From Phoronis australis (Eukaryota; Animalia; Phoronida), in assembly GCA_002633005.1 (NCBI GenBank), contig NMRA01000287.1, positions 194,457 to 258,456 on the forward strand: 64,000 nucleotides of DNA. Reading direction: 5' to 3'. This document shows, one piece after another, positions 36,923-51,072 of the stretch. The notes under the pieces are model-generated. The model was not told the origin of the DNA. It saw nothing but the letters and a program-made list of their open reading frames with translations, and did no database searches. Each line of letters opens with the position of its first letter. The first letter of the stretch is position 1. The translations under genes were made by a program, and so were the position numbers.

Positions 36923-39900
36923 CAACTATGAATGATGTATAAATCTACATCATGTCATTATCCCTTGATGGTTGCTGTAGTTAGCTTGTTCACCATATAC
37001 GAACTTTATACAATTCTTCTTAAGGCCCTTTCAACTAATGTCAACACGTCAATGTTTTGGGGACTTGCAGTCAGTATGAATGGTTAACTTCAGTCCTGGA
37101 TCAAAGTTCACTTAATTCACAATAAACTGCTGAATTTAACAGCAGAGCATCAACGCTGAGGTGTGGTATGAACAGTCAAATTCGGTTCCATCGAAATTAT
37201 CACCAGGGGTCACTGTTATCATCAACAACTAAAGGGTAGTGTTGTCGCTAATATTTGCTTTAATTTTGCTCGAATAATCATCAATTGAATTAGAAATAAC
37301 TTTATGTCAATTAGCACATGTAAATGTTCTCAAATTGTCACATTAAAAATATTTTAGGGCGCATGCGATGCAACAGCAACTACCTCATGACCACTTCAAT
37401 GATGACAGCACCAATATCCTTTACTTCAATGTCTGTAAACTACTTAAGCCCCTATGAACAGTTCAATTAACTTCCCAGGTTACCTCAATACTCCACTCAC
37501 ACTGGAGTTAATTCAGTATGAAAGGGCCTTATGCTTGACTGTATTACTTTACAATTCTAATGCCTGTGTGGCTTTGTTACTCCCAGTTAAATAATGTTTA
37601 ATTTGATACTTAAGCCAAGTACTAAAGCATGAGTAAAACTTGCTAATTTTATGCTGTTAAGTGATTTCAAGCAAAAATTTTATTTTGACAGAAAACAGGT
37701 GCATTCACTGTGATGTTTGTCAGAATTGATGGCCAACAGGTCACTCCCCAAAACTTTCTGAATGACTGGACACAGACAGTAGCCTAACTTATCTGTTAAT
37801 CACCATGTCAATGAAGAACATTAATCAATAGACATTGTCTTTTATATAAACAACCCACCTCTCCTTCTCTACCAGCTCAGAAACTTGATTTAGAACAGTG
37901 TCAGCTATTTAGCTAGTGGTCTCTACATGTTGCTCTCTTAAGATGAGGAATGATTTATACCCTAGCAATGAATTTACAGCCAACTTGCTAAAGTCACCAA
38001 GAAACCAGCTTTTTTAACAGCCCAGATGTTGTACAATTAACCAACAGTTATATATAATCACCTAGATCTCATGAGTTGTCCAGAAATCACCTCTACTCTG
38101 AGAAACAAACAAGTCACACCAGATTTATAATCCCAAAATGCTCCCAATCAAAAGTTTGTTTTCACAGGATTTACCAGCTGCTTGAAACATACCACTGTGT
38201 AAGGACCACCCTGAGTAGGATTGGCAGGTGAATGTTCAGGAATAAAAACAAACCTTGAACTAAGAAAATGAAATAAAATAAAAATGTTGTAGTGTTAAAA
38301 TAAAAAACAAACAAATAAATGAAGACAATGGATCCAAAAGCATTTCCTTGCACTCACATTTTTTTAATCATTTCCAAAATGAGGTTTCAATAAAAACTAC
38401 AGATAAGAAGGCGCATGAACATGAATTGTCCACTTTTATGATGCTGAAATTCAACATCATAGAAATTGACACATGGTATCAATGTTAACCTACATTACCC
38501 TTGGCACATCACAGCATGCCCTGCAGGTCATTTCTATCCTGAACAAGATGAGTAAAACATGCAAGAAAAGTAGGCATATTTACCACTGTAATAGCATGTT
38601 GTGAGATGATACAGGATCATACAAGCATGAAAGTATTACCTAACATTAAATAACAATATTGTGGGGCATAATGTTGAGTTAGATTAGGGATAACTGAATG
38701 TTAACAACTCAGCCAAAGTAATGTAACTGATGTAACCTCGGGTTATGTGTCTCAAGGAATTTAAGAATAAAGTCTTAGGCAAAAACTTTAACTTTGAGAA
38801 AGTTTAGAGTCTCTGCACACAAAAAGTCAGCTAGCTGAGATTTTTTGAAACAAGACATTTCAATGATAAATACCCTGCATTTGTAACAGACCATGAGATA
38901 AATGACAAGGTTTACTGTTGGAAATGATTCAAATAGGTCAACTGTGATAGACAGTTGGCAGCAAACCTTGGACAAGTGTGGTTTCTGTGGTTAAAAGTTA
39001 TTTCCTCTCACAAATTGAAGGAAACAGGACCTTTAAAGCGACAGGTCCACAAATCTTCAGTTTCAACAGACTTTTCAGAATTTGGCACGAAAACATAAGC
39101 ATCCGGTGTTGAGTGAAACAGAGGACAACACTGACTTCAACTTGTTCTCAAAAGTCAACAGTTCACAAGGAAGTGGCAAAATGACAGCAATGCTTCACTG
39201 TTGAAGTCAACATTCAACAATACTCATGGTGCCTGAACCTTTGTAAAAGGAAATTTTGTGGCATTGTTTTACTAGGAACGGTGTTTCCATGCCATTTTTA
39301 CTAATTAAAACTGGGAACAGGGAATTTGTTTGTGAATTTTATTTGTTGTTTTGCTTTTTACAACAATGGTATATATGTTCCACAAGAGGAATTTTTGATC
39401 GCTTAGAGGGGAAATGTTCGACTTGATAAGAGGAATTTCACAAGATATTTGATATTTATGAGGGGACGGGGGCTAATATTCGACCCCAATATTGAGAGCT
39501 CTGAATAGTGACAGTATACCAGTTTTCAGGTACTGTTTGTGTCATGTACAAAACTATACATTCAGTACAGAGTGATAGCTGAGTTTAACCAGAGTGAAGG
39601 GGCAAAATAACCCAGGCCCTATTCCTGGATCTTTCCCTCCCTCAAAAATGAGTCAGTAAGCACTAAAAATCCTAAGTGAGTTACATAAGTGTTATCATTC
39701 CCTGTCCCAGCAAGACCACGTAGATTGGAGGTCCCATCAGATAGGAATTAGAGCTGTCAGCTGACACTCTTTGTCAAAATTTTGCTTAGGACTGTCAACT
39801 GAGGGTACAATTAGAGTAGAGTTTTCCTTGTTATAATAGCTTTTTATCCTCGTCAAGTCATACTTAAGTCCCATCACTTGCCCCCACGATAGGATGCTGA

Positions 39901-40137
39901 GTATGAGGAAATGTCATAAAACCATGAGTGTTCATCTGTCTGACAACTAAATCCTATCTCTCCTTCCAGCCACTATTCTGTTGATGGCCGACTGACATTA
40001 CAAAGATAGACCTCCAGTGGGTTACAACACAATCTGACAGTTCATGTTATCACTCCTTATGTTATAGGCCATCATCGTAAATTGAACTGAATGTCACGTT
40101 CTCACTTCAATAACGAGGAAGAGTGAAGACAGCATAC

Positions 40138-40290
40138 CTGGTGGACTGGCCGTTCAATATCCTTGAAGAATATGTCAGACACTTGAGGAAGATTGCGATA
40201 GTCTATGAGATTCTGTTTCATCACTTCATGGTCAGGGTTCTGCAGGAAGTAGGTGTAAGCTGAGGCCACCGCTTGCTCGATGTTTCCTGT
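40138..40290 (-). CDS. P3H1: Prolyl 3-hydroxylase, exon 2
   Basis: TGNIEQAVASAYTYFLQNPDHEVMKQNLIDYRNLPQVSDIFFKDIERPVHQ (AV..A.T....NP.H..M..NL..Y motif); TTTTGCAG acceptor, GTATGC donor; 153 nt. Confidence 0.96.
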
Positions 40291-41503
40291 CTGCAAAATT
40301 TGGAATTTAGGAAACTTAAAGACATTTTCAGAAGCAACCATGGAAAACAAAAAGACCAATGGTAAAATGTCTCAGAAAGAAAATGTTATGTTTATCGTTG
40401 GGTAGCCAGAGTGAAAGGAACAACAATTATTCGAGTGATAATAAAATACGTCTATTCGTGATCGTGGTAATACAAGCAGTGAACGTACAACTACAAACTG
40501 ATGGTGAAACCATCACGTGACTACATAACATAACACGTGTTCTCTAAAAATAGTACATGACGTAAACTAAATCATTCATAAATCACAGAAAACATTTTTA
40601 TTTCATGTTTTAGATATGGTTAAATTGACCCATCATATCAGAACAGTATCAACACTCAAGGATGAAATCTACAAAGCAAGTAGGCCGTAATGGAAGAGCC
40701 TGGAAGTTAAAAAAAAACAGATTTAAAAAGATGGCAAGTACAGGAACAAGCTAAACAAAGTCTGAACCACTGGAACCGTGAGATATGTGCTAGTTATCAA
40801 AAAAGAACAGTTTTCCACAATGAGTAACAGCACATCAACTATTAACTTTGTCGTGGCTAGTCCACTTTACATGTGTAGAGTTTGAAAACCTATATGTAAC
40901 GAGTTTGAAGTATTGGGAGATTAAGTCAGTTATCTACCAAATTCTCCAAAATATGTGAATCTTTAATTCCAGTCAAGAATAAATTTTCTGTTGAGGAGAA
41001 CACTGAATCAATGTTCATGACATCACATGTCTTCCTAACTCATGCTAATCAAGATTTAAACTGAACGTGTCACGGCAAAATGGCATTGGGAGCTGTTTTA
41101 TCAGACATCCGATTCCAAGATGAATTTGTCCGCGGTCCGCAATTATGCCTCTGCACTGCGAAAGGAACTAATCAATGAAAAATTGCTGAACTGGCAGATT
41201 TAGGGCTGTGTAACCTTACCTCTACCCAACAAGCAATAACTGAGAAAAATTTTTGGTACATTGTGTTTCACACTCAAATCCATTTAGTCAAGAATCGTTT
41301 TCAATCACTAATTTAAGTCATCACAACAAGGGCAAACATTTGGAATCATTAGCATGGTTGTTTCAATCAAAACATATTACACATGGACAACAGGTGTTCT
41401 AAGTGGTTATAAGTGAAACCAGAGGCAGGAGAATCTGTGCAAGCACTTAACTCAGGCACTCTAGTCTCTAGGTCCATGTGTGCTGCATAACCTTGCTATT
41501 TTT

Positions 41504-41878
41504 AGACCAGGGGATTCCACTCAGAAATGTCCAACTCGAGAGTCTGAATACATGTACTTTGTCAATTCCATTTTTTGTTTTTTTTGTTTGCTGTCAGTTT
41601 CACTCAAGAACTTGTGGCCATGTTTTGGCCACTGCTCAGGTAGAATTTAGTCAGGGTTGGCTTTAACGTCATCCATATTACTAAAATACGTAATGAAATT
41701 GCAAAGACGTAACTTTCCGCGAAATGGTGCATCCCGAGGGACGCAATTAACTTCTTAACCAAACAAACCTCAGCTGCCATCCTCTTTTAATTTTTGGATT
41801 CAATAAGTTTTACAACTTAGTCAGCTCCCAAACTTTACGCGCAGTTCATGAAAACACTTTGTTCTGGATTCCTCTGGT
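41504..41878. mobile_element. Possible MITE
   Basis: Only short imperfect TIRs, ACCAGGGGATTCCA / TGGATTCCTCTGGT. Confidence 0.35.
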
Positions 41879-43874
41879 AGTGCGACATAGACGATTGATA
41901 CAACTGTTACGAAAATTCTGACAATTTAATAAGTCAACCCAGTCTTGCGAGAAATCACTAGTCAACACAAAGTGACAAGATGATAATTCACGAGACTCAT
42001 ACTAAATAAGTCAAGCCCGTTAGAATTTGACTGTAAGTTTGTTTAAAAGGTAGCTCTATGAATCGAGATTGTGCATAGAAGGAGGGTGAATGTTTATATC
42101 CAGTAACTAATTTATCATACCATAACCACTAATTAAAACAAGTGAAACCTGTTGTTAATTAAGTCATCTAACAATGAAGAGTAACTATGCTAGCACCCTC
42201 TGTAAAGAGTACTTCAATCAGTCAACTATAAATAATCGAACATTTCATCTGCTGTAGGATTCGACACTTATTGGATGACAGCCCTGTTGGCGAATCTTCG
42301 AACTAACACACACTGTACTGGGACAGTGTACTTGCTGGTCAAAGTCCTTTAAGATGCAACACTTGCAGGCACTATCTTCTACCCATGATTCCTCTTGCTG
42401 GTCACAGACTCTCGTGACGCAACTTTCGCACGATGCAAGCTCTTAGTTAACTTCCTATTCGTTAGCCCTCGCACTTGCCAAGATCCTCTTTAGAATCTTC
42501 CATGAGATGGCTCTGTTGTACAATTTATTCTGTACACTGTAGCAAGACTTCTAGCTTCAACCACTAAACCGCATCTGAGTACCAATGACATTAAATTTTT
42601 ATTTCCACTCGAATGTACCACATGCTGTTAGATGGGAAGATACACCACTACATGGCGCTGCAGCTGCAACAGTACTGTCACACCAACTTTACTGTCGGGG
42701 ATAAAGTGTGCTCGGTCATTTTTTGGAAAATTTGGACTCTCAGTTTTGGAATCCTGTGTAAACCCCGGGCTGTCAGGTTTATTGTCTTGTATGCCTGAAC
42801 TGAAGTGAAATGTTTCATTTTGGATTGGTATTATTGTTAGTCTTAATACTATAGAAAATAAGGAAGGATAACAAGCTTGAAGTAGATCTTCAGTAACTTT
42901 TACACACTGCCTTTTGATAGCTGTACTTCATAGCAGGTGTGAGTGTAGATTCCAAATGTCATGCCTGACTTATAATTATGTTCAGAGTGGCAGGATTAAT
43001 GAATATTTGTGAATTCATAATGTTTAACTTATTCTTCCCTTGCTACTACATATTATATTGCAATGTGTTCTTGTTTTCATTTTTTTGCATTTTTGTTGCT
43101 ATGTGTTTTTGTTTTTATTTTTTTGCATTTTTGATGCTATAGGAATTTAAAACAGGACCAGCATGGGGTCTCATAAAAATTGAAAAGGACTCCTTGTTAC
43201 TTCGAGATAAACAATTCTAGTGCCAACTCTGCTGTAATTGACCATCAGTTAACAGATTGGTAGAAGGTTAATTAGTTCAAAGTTTTTTCACCCAGTCTGG
43301 CAGTGTCATTGAGTTCATTGGACAGTATCAGTTGATGTGGTCAGTGACCAGTGTGCCAGACTTCAAACACACTCTTTTGTTTTGTCTGTCTGGACAGCAT
43401 TACACAAATCATTCCCACATTCCCTCCATAGGATAGCTGGACCAATAGCACACACTTCATGCACAAGGTAGAAAGAAATTTAAACAGCAGGGTGATTTTG
43501 TAACATCTACTTTAATTCTTAGAGATCCAGTTGTCATGGTGTCATGTCAAATCTATGGAACATCCCTCACAGAAAAGAATAATGTTTATTCATAGTCTCC
43601 ACCCAGTCTGCCAGACTGCAACAGTTTTATTTTTGTATTTCACTGTTCAGCGGCTTAAAACTGAAAAACAATCAAATTAGGCCTTTTCCTAATAAAATCA
43701 GACTCATAATATTCCCTACTGTGATAGAATTTCATTTCTGGAACCAACTCAAGCCATGGACAATGCATAAAGGCACCATTTTTGAATTAGCAATTTTAGG
43801 GTTGGCTAACCCTAATAAAGTCAGGAGCATTGACGTAAGTGGCTGATGGTTTTGATGTTCTTGATCATGCAACC

Positions 43875-44183
43875 AGAATCCTATCAGCGAAGGCAATGAA
43901 TATTAAGAATAGAATCCTGTCAACGAGGGCAATGAATATTGTGAATAGAATCCTGTCAGAGCAATGAATATTGTGAATAAAATCCTGTCAGGGGCAACGA
44001 ATATTATGAATAGAATCCTGTCAGCGAGGGCAATGAATGTTGTGAATAGAATCCTGTCAGAGCAATGAATATTGTGAATAAAATCCTGTCAGGGGCAATG
44101 AATATTATGACTAGAATCCTGTCAGCGAGGGCAATGAATATTATGAATAGAATCCTGTCAGTTAGGGCAATGAATATTGTGAA
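43875..44183. repeat. About 32-36-bp minisatellite, about 9 copies
   Basis: Unit AGAATCCTGTCAGCGAGGGCAATGAATATTGTGAAT with length variants. Confidence 0.9.
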
Positions 44184-44479
44184 ACTGACTTTACAGGAAT
44201 AAAAGGTCAAATTCAATTTTCGTTTCAGCCAATTGAACAGGGCAAGATGAAGAAGTCATTATGCAGAATAAGTAGTGATTGGAAGGTTGAAAACAATTCT
44301 CATCAGAAGGAACAGCCAAATAAATGCCTGTTTCCTTCCTCCACATCAAAAAATTCAACAGATTGCGCCCTCCTACAACCAAGTCTACACTTGGGTGCAC
44401 ACCTTCCATCAGCACCGTGTTTTTGTGTCCCAAGCCAACCCCACACTTCAGACATAAACAGATTTTCATGTCCCTAATT

Positions 44480-45150
44480 ACCGAATTTGCCCTAATAAGC
44501 GCCCATGCCCCAATAAGTGCCCCCCATGCGTTTTCAGGCTTCGCTAGAATAAGCGCCCAGACCATGAAAATGAAAAATGCCTTACCTACAGTTCTAAAAT
44601 TCTACAGTAACATCTTCAATTTATCGATAACACCGACAGTCCTGAAAAAATCATTGTGCGCCAAATTTGTTAGCCTCCATATCCTGAACGTAAAAATTCA
44701 CTTTATGAAAAAAAAAACAGAATATCTTCTGTTTCTGACTTTTTCAGGGAAGCTGCCACTACAAACATGTCCTTTTTTCGAGTCNGTTTTTGTGTCCCAA
44801 GCCAACCCCACACTTCAGACATAAACAGATTTTCATGTCCCTAATTACCGAATTTGCCCTAATAAGCGCCCAGGCCCCAATAAGTGCCCCCCACGCATTT
44901 TCAGGCTTCGCTAGAATAAGCGCCCAGACCACGAAAATGAAAAATGCTTTAACTACAGTTCTAAAATTCTACAGTAACATCTTCAATTTATTGATAACAC
45001 CGACAGTCCTGAAAAAATCATTGTGCGCCAAATTTGTTAGCCTCCATATCCTGAACATAAAACTTCACTTTATGAAAAAACCCAACAACAGAATATCTTC
45101 TGTTTCTGACTTTTTCAGGGAAGCTGCCACTACAAATATGTCCTTTTTTC
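44480..45150 (+). mobile_element. Two adjacent copies of a Tc2/pogo-like TIR element end (family of 930-1137), inside a 367-bp duplication across the N at 44786
   Basis: TA-CCGAATTTGCCCTAATAAGCGCCC start in both copies. Confidence 0.65.
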
Positions 45151-45678
45151 GAGTCTTCTCTCAAAATGGGAATGTTCCAGCTGCATAAAACTCCACAAGG
45201 TAGAATAACCTCAGGCGATAAATGGTAGAGAGTTGAAGAAGGAAGGCTCAAAAAGATTGAATAACTAACTAAGGGCAGTGGCTTACCTCTAATAACATAG
45301 ACCAAGCTTGAATAATATGGGCTAAGCTTGAATAAAGTAACATACTTTTACATAAAGATGAATAAACCTGAGTGTGACATACCTTCCAACCGGGTAAAGT
45401 TTTCTGCAAATTAAGCATCACCCTTTCTAAACTACGGGAAACAACTTTCTACACCTAGAGCATTGTTGAATAGAGAAACACAATTCGAGATCCTCCACAG
45501 TATGTTCTTAAGTTCTTCCCAACATGAACAAATACTACGGCAGTCAAGATTTCCATTTCAAATGGTTGAAGTCTTCGCCAATGACAACGCAATCATAATT
45601 TGTTTTCAACATGCATGTGAAACTATATTTACACAAAACGAGGAAAAAAATTGCAATGCATACATACCAGCAGTGCTG

Positions 45679-46127
45679 TAGACACTGACCACCATCTCTA
45701 GCTGGCCGAGTAGAGATGGTGCACCAGTAGCTCCATAATAGGCGCTTCATACGTTAGAAGCTTTTCGGCAAATTATGCCTCACACCGAATAAAACTCCTT
45801 AGGAGGCCGTCCATGCCTTTCATTCCTTCAAACTTCAACAAATACTCCTGCTGTCAAACTTTTTCTTCAAGCAATCCTTCGTTCAGTTCCCAAAATCAGT
45901 AACTGGCCATTTTTAACACTGCGCACAGCAGGTGGTATGACATATTTAGGAATTAGACATTGACTGTAGTCTCCTAAGGTGTTCCTGTATGCACATAAGT
46001 TATTTATCACAACGTGATGTTTAAGTCGATGTGATGCATAATTCTCTGAAAACCTTCCGACATATGAAGCGCCTACAGGAGCAACACCCTCTCTACTGAA
46101 AAAGCTAGAGATGGTGGTCACTGTCTA
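45679..46127. mobile_element. MITE with 25-bp TIRs and TA ends (Tc1/mariner-type)
   Basis: TAGACACTGACCACCATCTCTAGCT / AGCTAGAGATGGTGGTCACTGTCTA; related to 16920-17384. Confidence 0.8.
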
Positions 46128-46774
46128 ATCCTGCTGGGGATTTGTTCTCTAGGTACCAAACATGACTTTGTGCCACAGTTAAACCCAAATTGCAGAAAGT
46201 CTCGTAGACATACAGGGTAGATTAGAATATGCCACGTGCCATCTCTCTAATAATCATAACGCCTGTCACAGGCATATCGGGCTCGTAGTTGGTACTGCTG
46301 TGCATGAACTTGGAATCCTGCTCAATCTAACAATTAACCGGAAGTGAGTTTTGCGTGAAATTAGAATTGAATATTTTGTACGGCAAAAAGTGAAATTTTT
46401 GTTCGGTGAAAAGAATTTTTGTAATTATTGGCCTCACGATCAACCATTTTCTCCTTTACCGTAACTTGTGTCGCTGAACCGGAGGAATATGTGAACGACT
46501 AAATCGATTATTGTTTGGTGAAACTGATCGCCTGTAGTTGAAAAGGTTGGTTAAAATTGACATTATATTCAAATGTAACTTAATTTAGTGCAGTGCAAAT
46601 TTTTATGAACAAGAACGTGATTATTTGAGTGAACTTGTCAAGTTGTCTCGCGTATTCCAAGTTCACGCAACACTCACTTCCGCTTAATCTTGAGATTCCA
46701 AGTTCACGTACAGCAGTACCAGTGGATTTTTCGGAAATCAAGAAATTACGTGTTTTGTTAATCTGCCTCCTTAC

Positions 46775-47209
46775 CTTGTATGCGCAAATCTGTAAATAAT
46801 TGTAAGGCTCAAGGCTGTCAAATTTGTCCATATCCACTTTCGACAAGTCGGGTATTTCACCAGCTTTGAATCCCATGGATTTACAGGAACTCACACAAGA
46901 AGTAGTCTTGAAAGTTCTCTCAAAGAACGAGAAATCTTTTTCCAAAACTAAAGACTGGGACGTCAAATCTATCGAGTGACATTTTTTTCGGCAATCAGAA
47001 ACAATTTGCTCCCACCTGCGATAGGCGGTCAAAGAGTTCACCATCGACTCTCGACATAGTTCCCACGAATGATAGTTATAAGCAGTCACGCCTTCCACGA
47101 AATATGTGTAGAAGTCACTCGTTTCAACTGACTCTTCTTGAGAACATTTTAAGTGATACACTATTAAAGCAAAGACCACATTTCTAACATCACTCCTTGG
47201 ACGCACCAT
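46775..47209 (-). CDS. P3H1: Prolyl 3-hydroxylase, exon 1 (weak signal peptide plus TPR/CxxxC region)
   Basis: MVRPRSDVRNVVFALIVYHLKCS...FVEGVTAYNYHSW...CRKKC...CVSSCK...EPYNYLQICAYK; donor AAG|GTAAGG; 435 nt. All 13 exons join in phase to about 710 aa. Confidence 0.93.
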
Positions 47210-48720
47210 GTCTGAAGCGGGCCACAACTAACAGTGGAACACTCGTAAACATGACACTCGCCACATACGGAACCGGAAATTGTTTTTTAAAAAAATGTGC
47301 CCCACTTCCGATGATTATTATAACGATACAGTAAAAAGTTTTCTCATGAAATGTAGTATGGCTTTTTTCGAACGAGTAGAAGTTATGGAGCACAATAGTA
47401 GAGTACCTTTGTTGTCGAAAGTTGCTGAGAATTTCTACATGTTATTTGTCGTAGAAGCTTCAATTATTCACCTGTCCGCCAGAGGTCGTCAACGACTGGT
47501 TGAGGCCAAATAGCCTCCGTCATTCATTACGGCGATATCCAGGAGTTGATACTATCAGCGTGGGCCGTTCGGGTTAAAGTGTCGCGCGTAAAAAATTACA
47601 ACCGAGCATTCGCTCATGGTTTACGGCCGAAACAGAGACCGAAATCGTAATATCCCACGAGAATTTGGCGTGTAGGTCACGGGAGCTCTGCCATTTTACG
47701 CTCGGTCGCTCGTTTCATGCCGACACCTGTAATTTTAGCAAGTAGTCGTCAGATTAAGTACCAGTCCACGAGACCATCAGCCATTAAACTAATACTCCTG
47801 CTAATACGTAGTTTTTTGTGGTGCAAATGGTTTGTTAATCAACTTTATTCCATACGCGTTGAATCTGTATAAAGATTCACCTCTCGCACTACTTCAACAG
47901 AAATCCACAATCTTGAATAACGCTCAATATACAATGACTCAGGTCTCTATCGTAACATCTGGAACAGGACTGTTAAATTATATGACAGTTCTGTCTCAGT
48001 TTTGATTTGCTAAATATTTTATCGTCTGTAACTCAAGCGCCGATTCCTCGGTAACTACACTTTCAAATATTGTTATTATTTAACTATTTTTAGGAGATTT
48101 TACAACTGAAGTTCAATGAAAAGTTACTCTTGTTTTCATCTTTATTATCTCTTTTCAAGTAATAACTAAATCGTCACATTCAGTTAAAACTGTTTCTTTT
48201 ACTTGAGAAAACTTGCAGCCTAAAGCGCAAGTACATACATGTAGGATGTGATCCGCCTCGTCACAGTCTGAGTGAACTCAGTGAGCATGCGAAAAATGAA
48301 AGAAACTTAAGAATTCCAAGCATATGGGATAAATTCAAAACGTACCTCGATTGGCGTAGATGAAGTAATATCCGCCGGCACCCCTTAGGGGACTGGGGGC
48401 TATAGCCCCCATTTGTTTCAATGGCTGCGCCGCCCATGCAATGTTTACCGCCCGACTGGGACCTATGTTGCAATGGCATGAATCATCTACACGAACTGTT
48501 AAGAGGAAGAGGATGAAACTTGGTCTAAATATTGAAAAAGTATGGTAATTTTGACAAATAAAACAAAAGCGTTGTCAGACAACCTTGGCATCTCAAGTTG
48601 TAGGTGAAAACAGAACACAGTAAAAAAGTTTCAGCCAGTCTCAGATACTTTTTCACTTATGTACTTTGCACCTGAGATTTTATCTCAGTTCTGACATGAG
48701 CAAAATATCAGCGAAAAGTC

Positions 48721-48812
48721 ACGAGCATAAAATTACGAGCGTAAATTTACGGACGTAAAATTACGAACGTAAAAGTACGATAAAAAACACGAACGTAAAA
48801 TTACGAACGTAC
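48721..48812. repeat. Short (about 14-15-bp) tandem repeat
   Basis: AAAATTACGAACGT-like units, about 6 copies. Confidence 0.8.
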
Positions 48813-49290
48813 ATACTGCTTCAGCGGTCACAATTTCTTTTTGGATATAATTATAATTATTACGGTCATGAAATACGAGATAAATCTCGTTTATTATTAC
48901 TAGTGTCGTTTATTATTATGCGCGACAATTTCACCTGAACGACCCACAATATGACCCCAACTTGTTCGATGGGATGGCAAGAAAAAAAGTTTGCAGCAGT
49001 TGACGGGCGTAGCTAATATCTTACACGCATACCAATGCAATGGGTTTGACCGTGTTCACTCGAGGTCGTTAATAAGGTGAAACCACTATCATGCTCTTAA
49101 TATTGATACAGGTACGTATTCTCATGTTTTATCCAATATGTTGTTTATAGCATTATATGCGACTTTAATAAAGAAATAAGCCTGGTGTGTTGGTGTCATG
49201 GTCTTACGCGTTACCATCATGATCAAATTGATTACAAAGCAACGGCCACGTGGTTCTTATACGGTACGATTTTCGCCGGCAGTTTGCCTG

Positions 49291-49536
49291 GGGCCCGTTC
49301 CAAGAAAACTGACTTAGCTAAGATGAATCTTAAATTTCAGTCAATAATAAGATAAAACTCAAATTTGTCTAAAGTCCATTTTAAGAAAGAGATCTAAAGT
49401 TTGTTAAGTTTTTGACTTAATTTTTGTCTTAATTTTGACCATCTTACCAGATGTAGATATTTCGAAGTTTGAAAGTTATGACAAATCTTAGACTTACGAC
49501 AAAAATGAACTTAAGTCAGGTTCTTGGAACAGGCTC
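49291..49536. mobile_element. MITE with PIF/Harbinger-like termini
   Basis: GGGCCCGTTCCAAGAAAACTGACTTA / TAAGTCAGGTTCTTGGAACAGGCTC; interior rich in CTTAA/TTAAG motifs. Confidence 0.65.
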
Positions 49537-50649
49537 TTGATTTCTCCAAAACGTGAAGATGTGTACTAAATACGTTGTTAACTTTACCCATAAAACGCAG
49601 GTGTTCACGATCACACCATACTGAGTGAGCTTGCTGGAACAGCATAACCGGACGATTTTTTTGTTTTTTTGTGATGTAGAAATTTCCAAATTACTGTAAT
49701 CTGATTTACAATTTTACAAAAACAAGATTTTTAGCAACAAAAAAATAATAAAATTCTTCTTCCGGATTCCTGAAACTTGAGCACATTTTCATGTAAAAAT
49801 AACCTTCGCCCCCTGATAGGGACTATCCTATGTGCGCAAACACGGCAAACTTGGTCACTTACCGGTGCCGTCCATTTACGTGGCGTCTTTGAACTCAAGG
49901 TCAAAAACAACCGTCATGGGGAGTATGAAAGTGTAGTTAGAGTCCGTGCAAACTTTTTGAATTAGAATAATGAGTGTTTCTGAATCTATTAATGCGAGTT
50001 TTATTTTACAAATTAAAATTTCACACTCGTTAACTTTGTTTAAACGTGGGCGTTCAGCACGAAAAAAATTCCGATCAAAAACAAAATGGACGACTTCGAC
50101 CGTCCTATTCACAGGACCAGCGACGTGCGACTTTTAGTAGAATGGGCCGCTGGGATCTGTTACTCAGTAATGCGTTCGTTTTTTAGTAAAGTCCAAAACT
50201 AGTGACCCTAAAAAGACGCAAGGCGAGACTCCTTTCAAAACGAGAGGGTGGAGCAGCTTTTCTTTACTGAACAAACCAGCACCTTGACTTCTCGGAGTTA
50301 ATAATGCTTGCTGGAGTCTATTCCCAACTGAAGCTAAATCTTTCATGGAACAAGTCCCAATGAATGCCGAAAAAAATAATGTCAATTGACAAACTGAGAA
50401 AACATAACCTCAGCTACAATCATTTATTCATTGTTTTTTGTTGTGTTAGCGAATATCGAAAGTAGTTCTGCTTGGTTTCAGTAACCCATTGAGGCATTTT
50501 GTCATGCACGTTGTCATGCATGTTGTCATACCAGACCAACATCGTGCTCGGCAGTTAACAAAAAACAAGAAATGTTATCACATGTGATTTGAGACAATTT
50601 TTTGAAACGCTGCGCAAACCAAAGGCACGTAAGCAAGGAAAAGCAAGAA

Positions 50650-51072
50650 TTGTAACGTCAATATGTGTAACGTCGTGATACGTAACGTCATGATGTGTAA
50701 CTTCGTGATTTGTAACGTCATGATTTGTAACGTCGTGGTTTGTAACGCCATGATTTATAACGTCATGATTTGTAACGTCGTGATACGTAACGTCATGGTT
50801 TGTAACGTCGTGATTTGTAACGTCATGATTTTTAACGTCATGATTTGTAACGTCGGGATTTGTAACGCCATGATTTGCAACGTCATGATTTGTCATGTCG
50901 TAATTTGTAACGTCATGATTTGTAACGTCGTGATTTGTTACGTCGTGATTTGTAACGTAGGGCCTAGTGATTTGTAACGTAAGGGCCTAGTGATTTGTAA
51001 CGTAGGGCCTAGTGATTTGTAACGTAGGGCCTAGTGATTTGTAACGTCGTGATTTGTAACGTCATGATTTGT
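50650..51072. repeat. 15-bp minisatellite (over 20 copies) with 21-bp variants
   Basis: Unit TGTAACGTC(A/G)TGATT; variant TGTAACGTAGGGCCTAGTGATT. Confidence 0.95.

Noticed and set aside
44417-45152. 367-bp tandem duplication with 132-166-aa ORFs
   Set aside because: The copies meet at a single N (44786) and differ by scattered substitutions, typical of overlapping contig ends or two haplotypes. The content is a non-coding TIR element.
47190-47393. Alternative hydrophobic N-terminus for P3H (MFTSVPLLVVARF...)
   Set aside because: Out of frame with exon 1 and terminates at 47190; at most an overlapping upstream ORF.
50555-50977. Repetitive ORFs (NHDVT)n and (CNVMI)n; likewise 3170-3576, 23799-24062, 26355-26832, 32088-32318 and 44004-44216
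   Set aside because: They are translations of micro- or minisatellites, often open on both strands, with no supporting splice or homology evidence.
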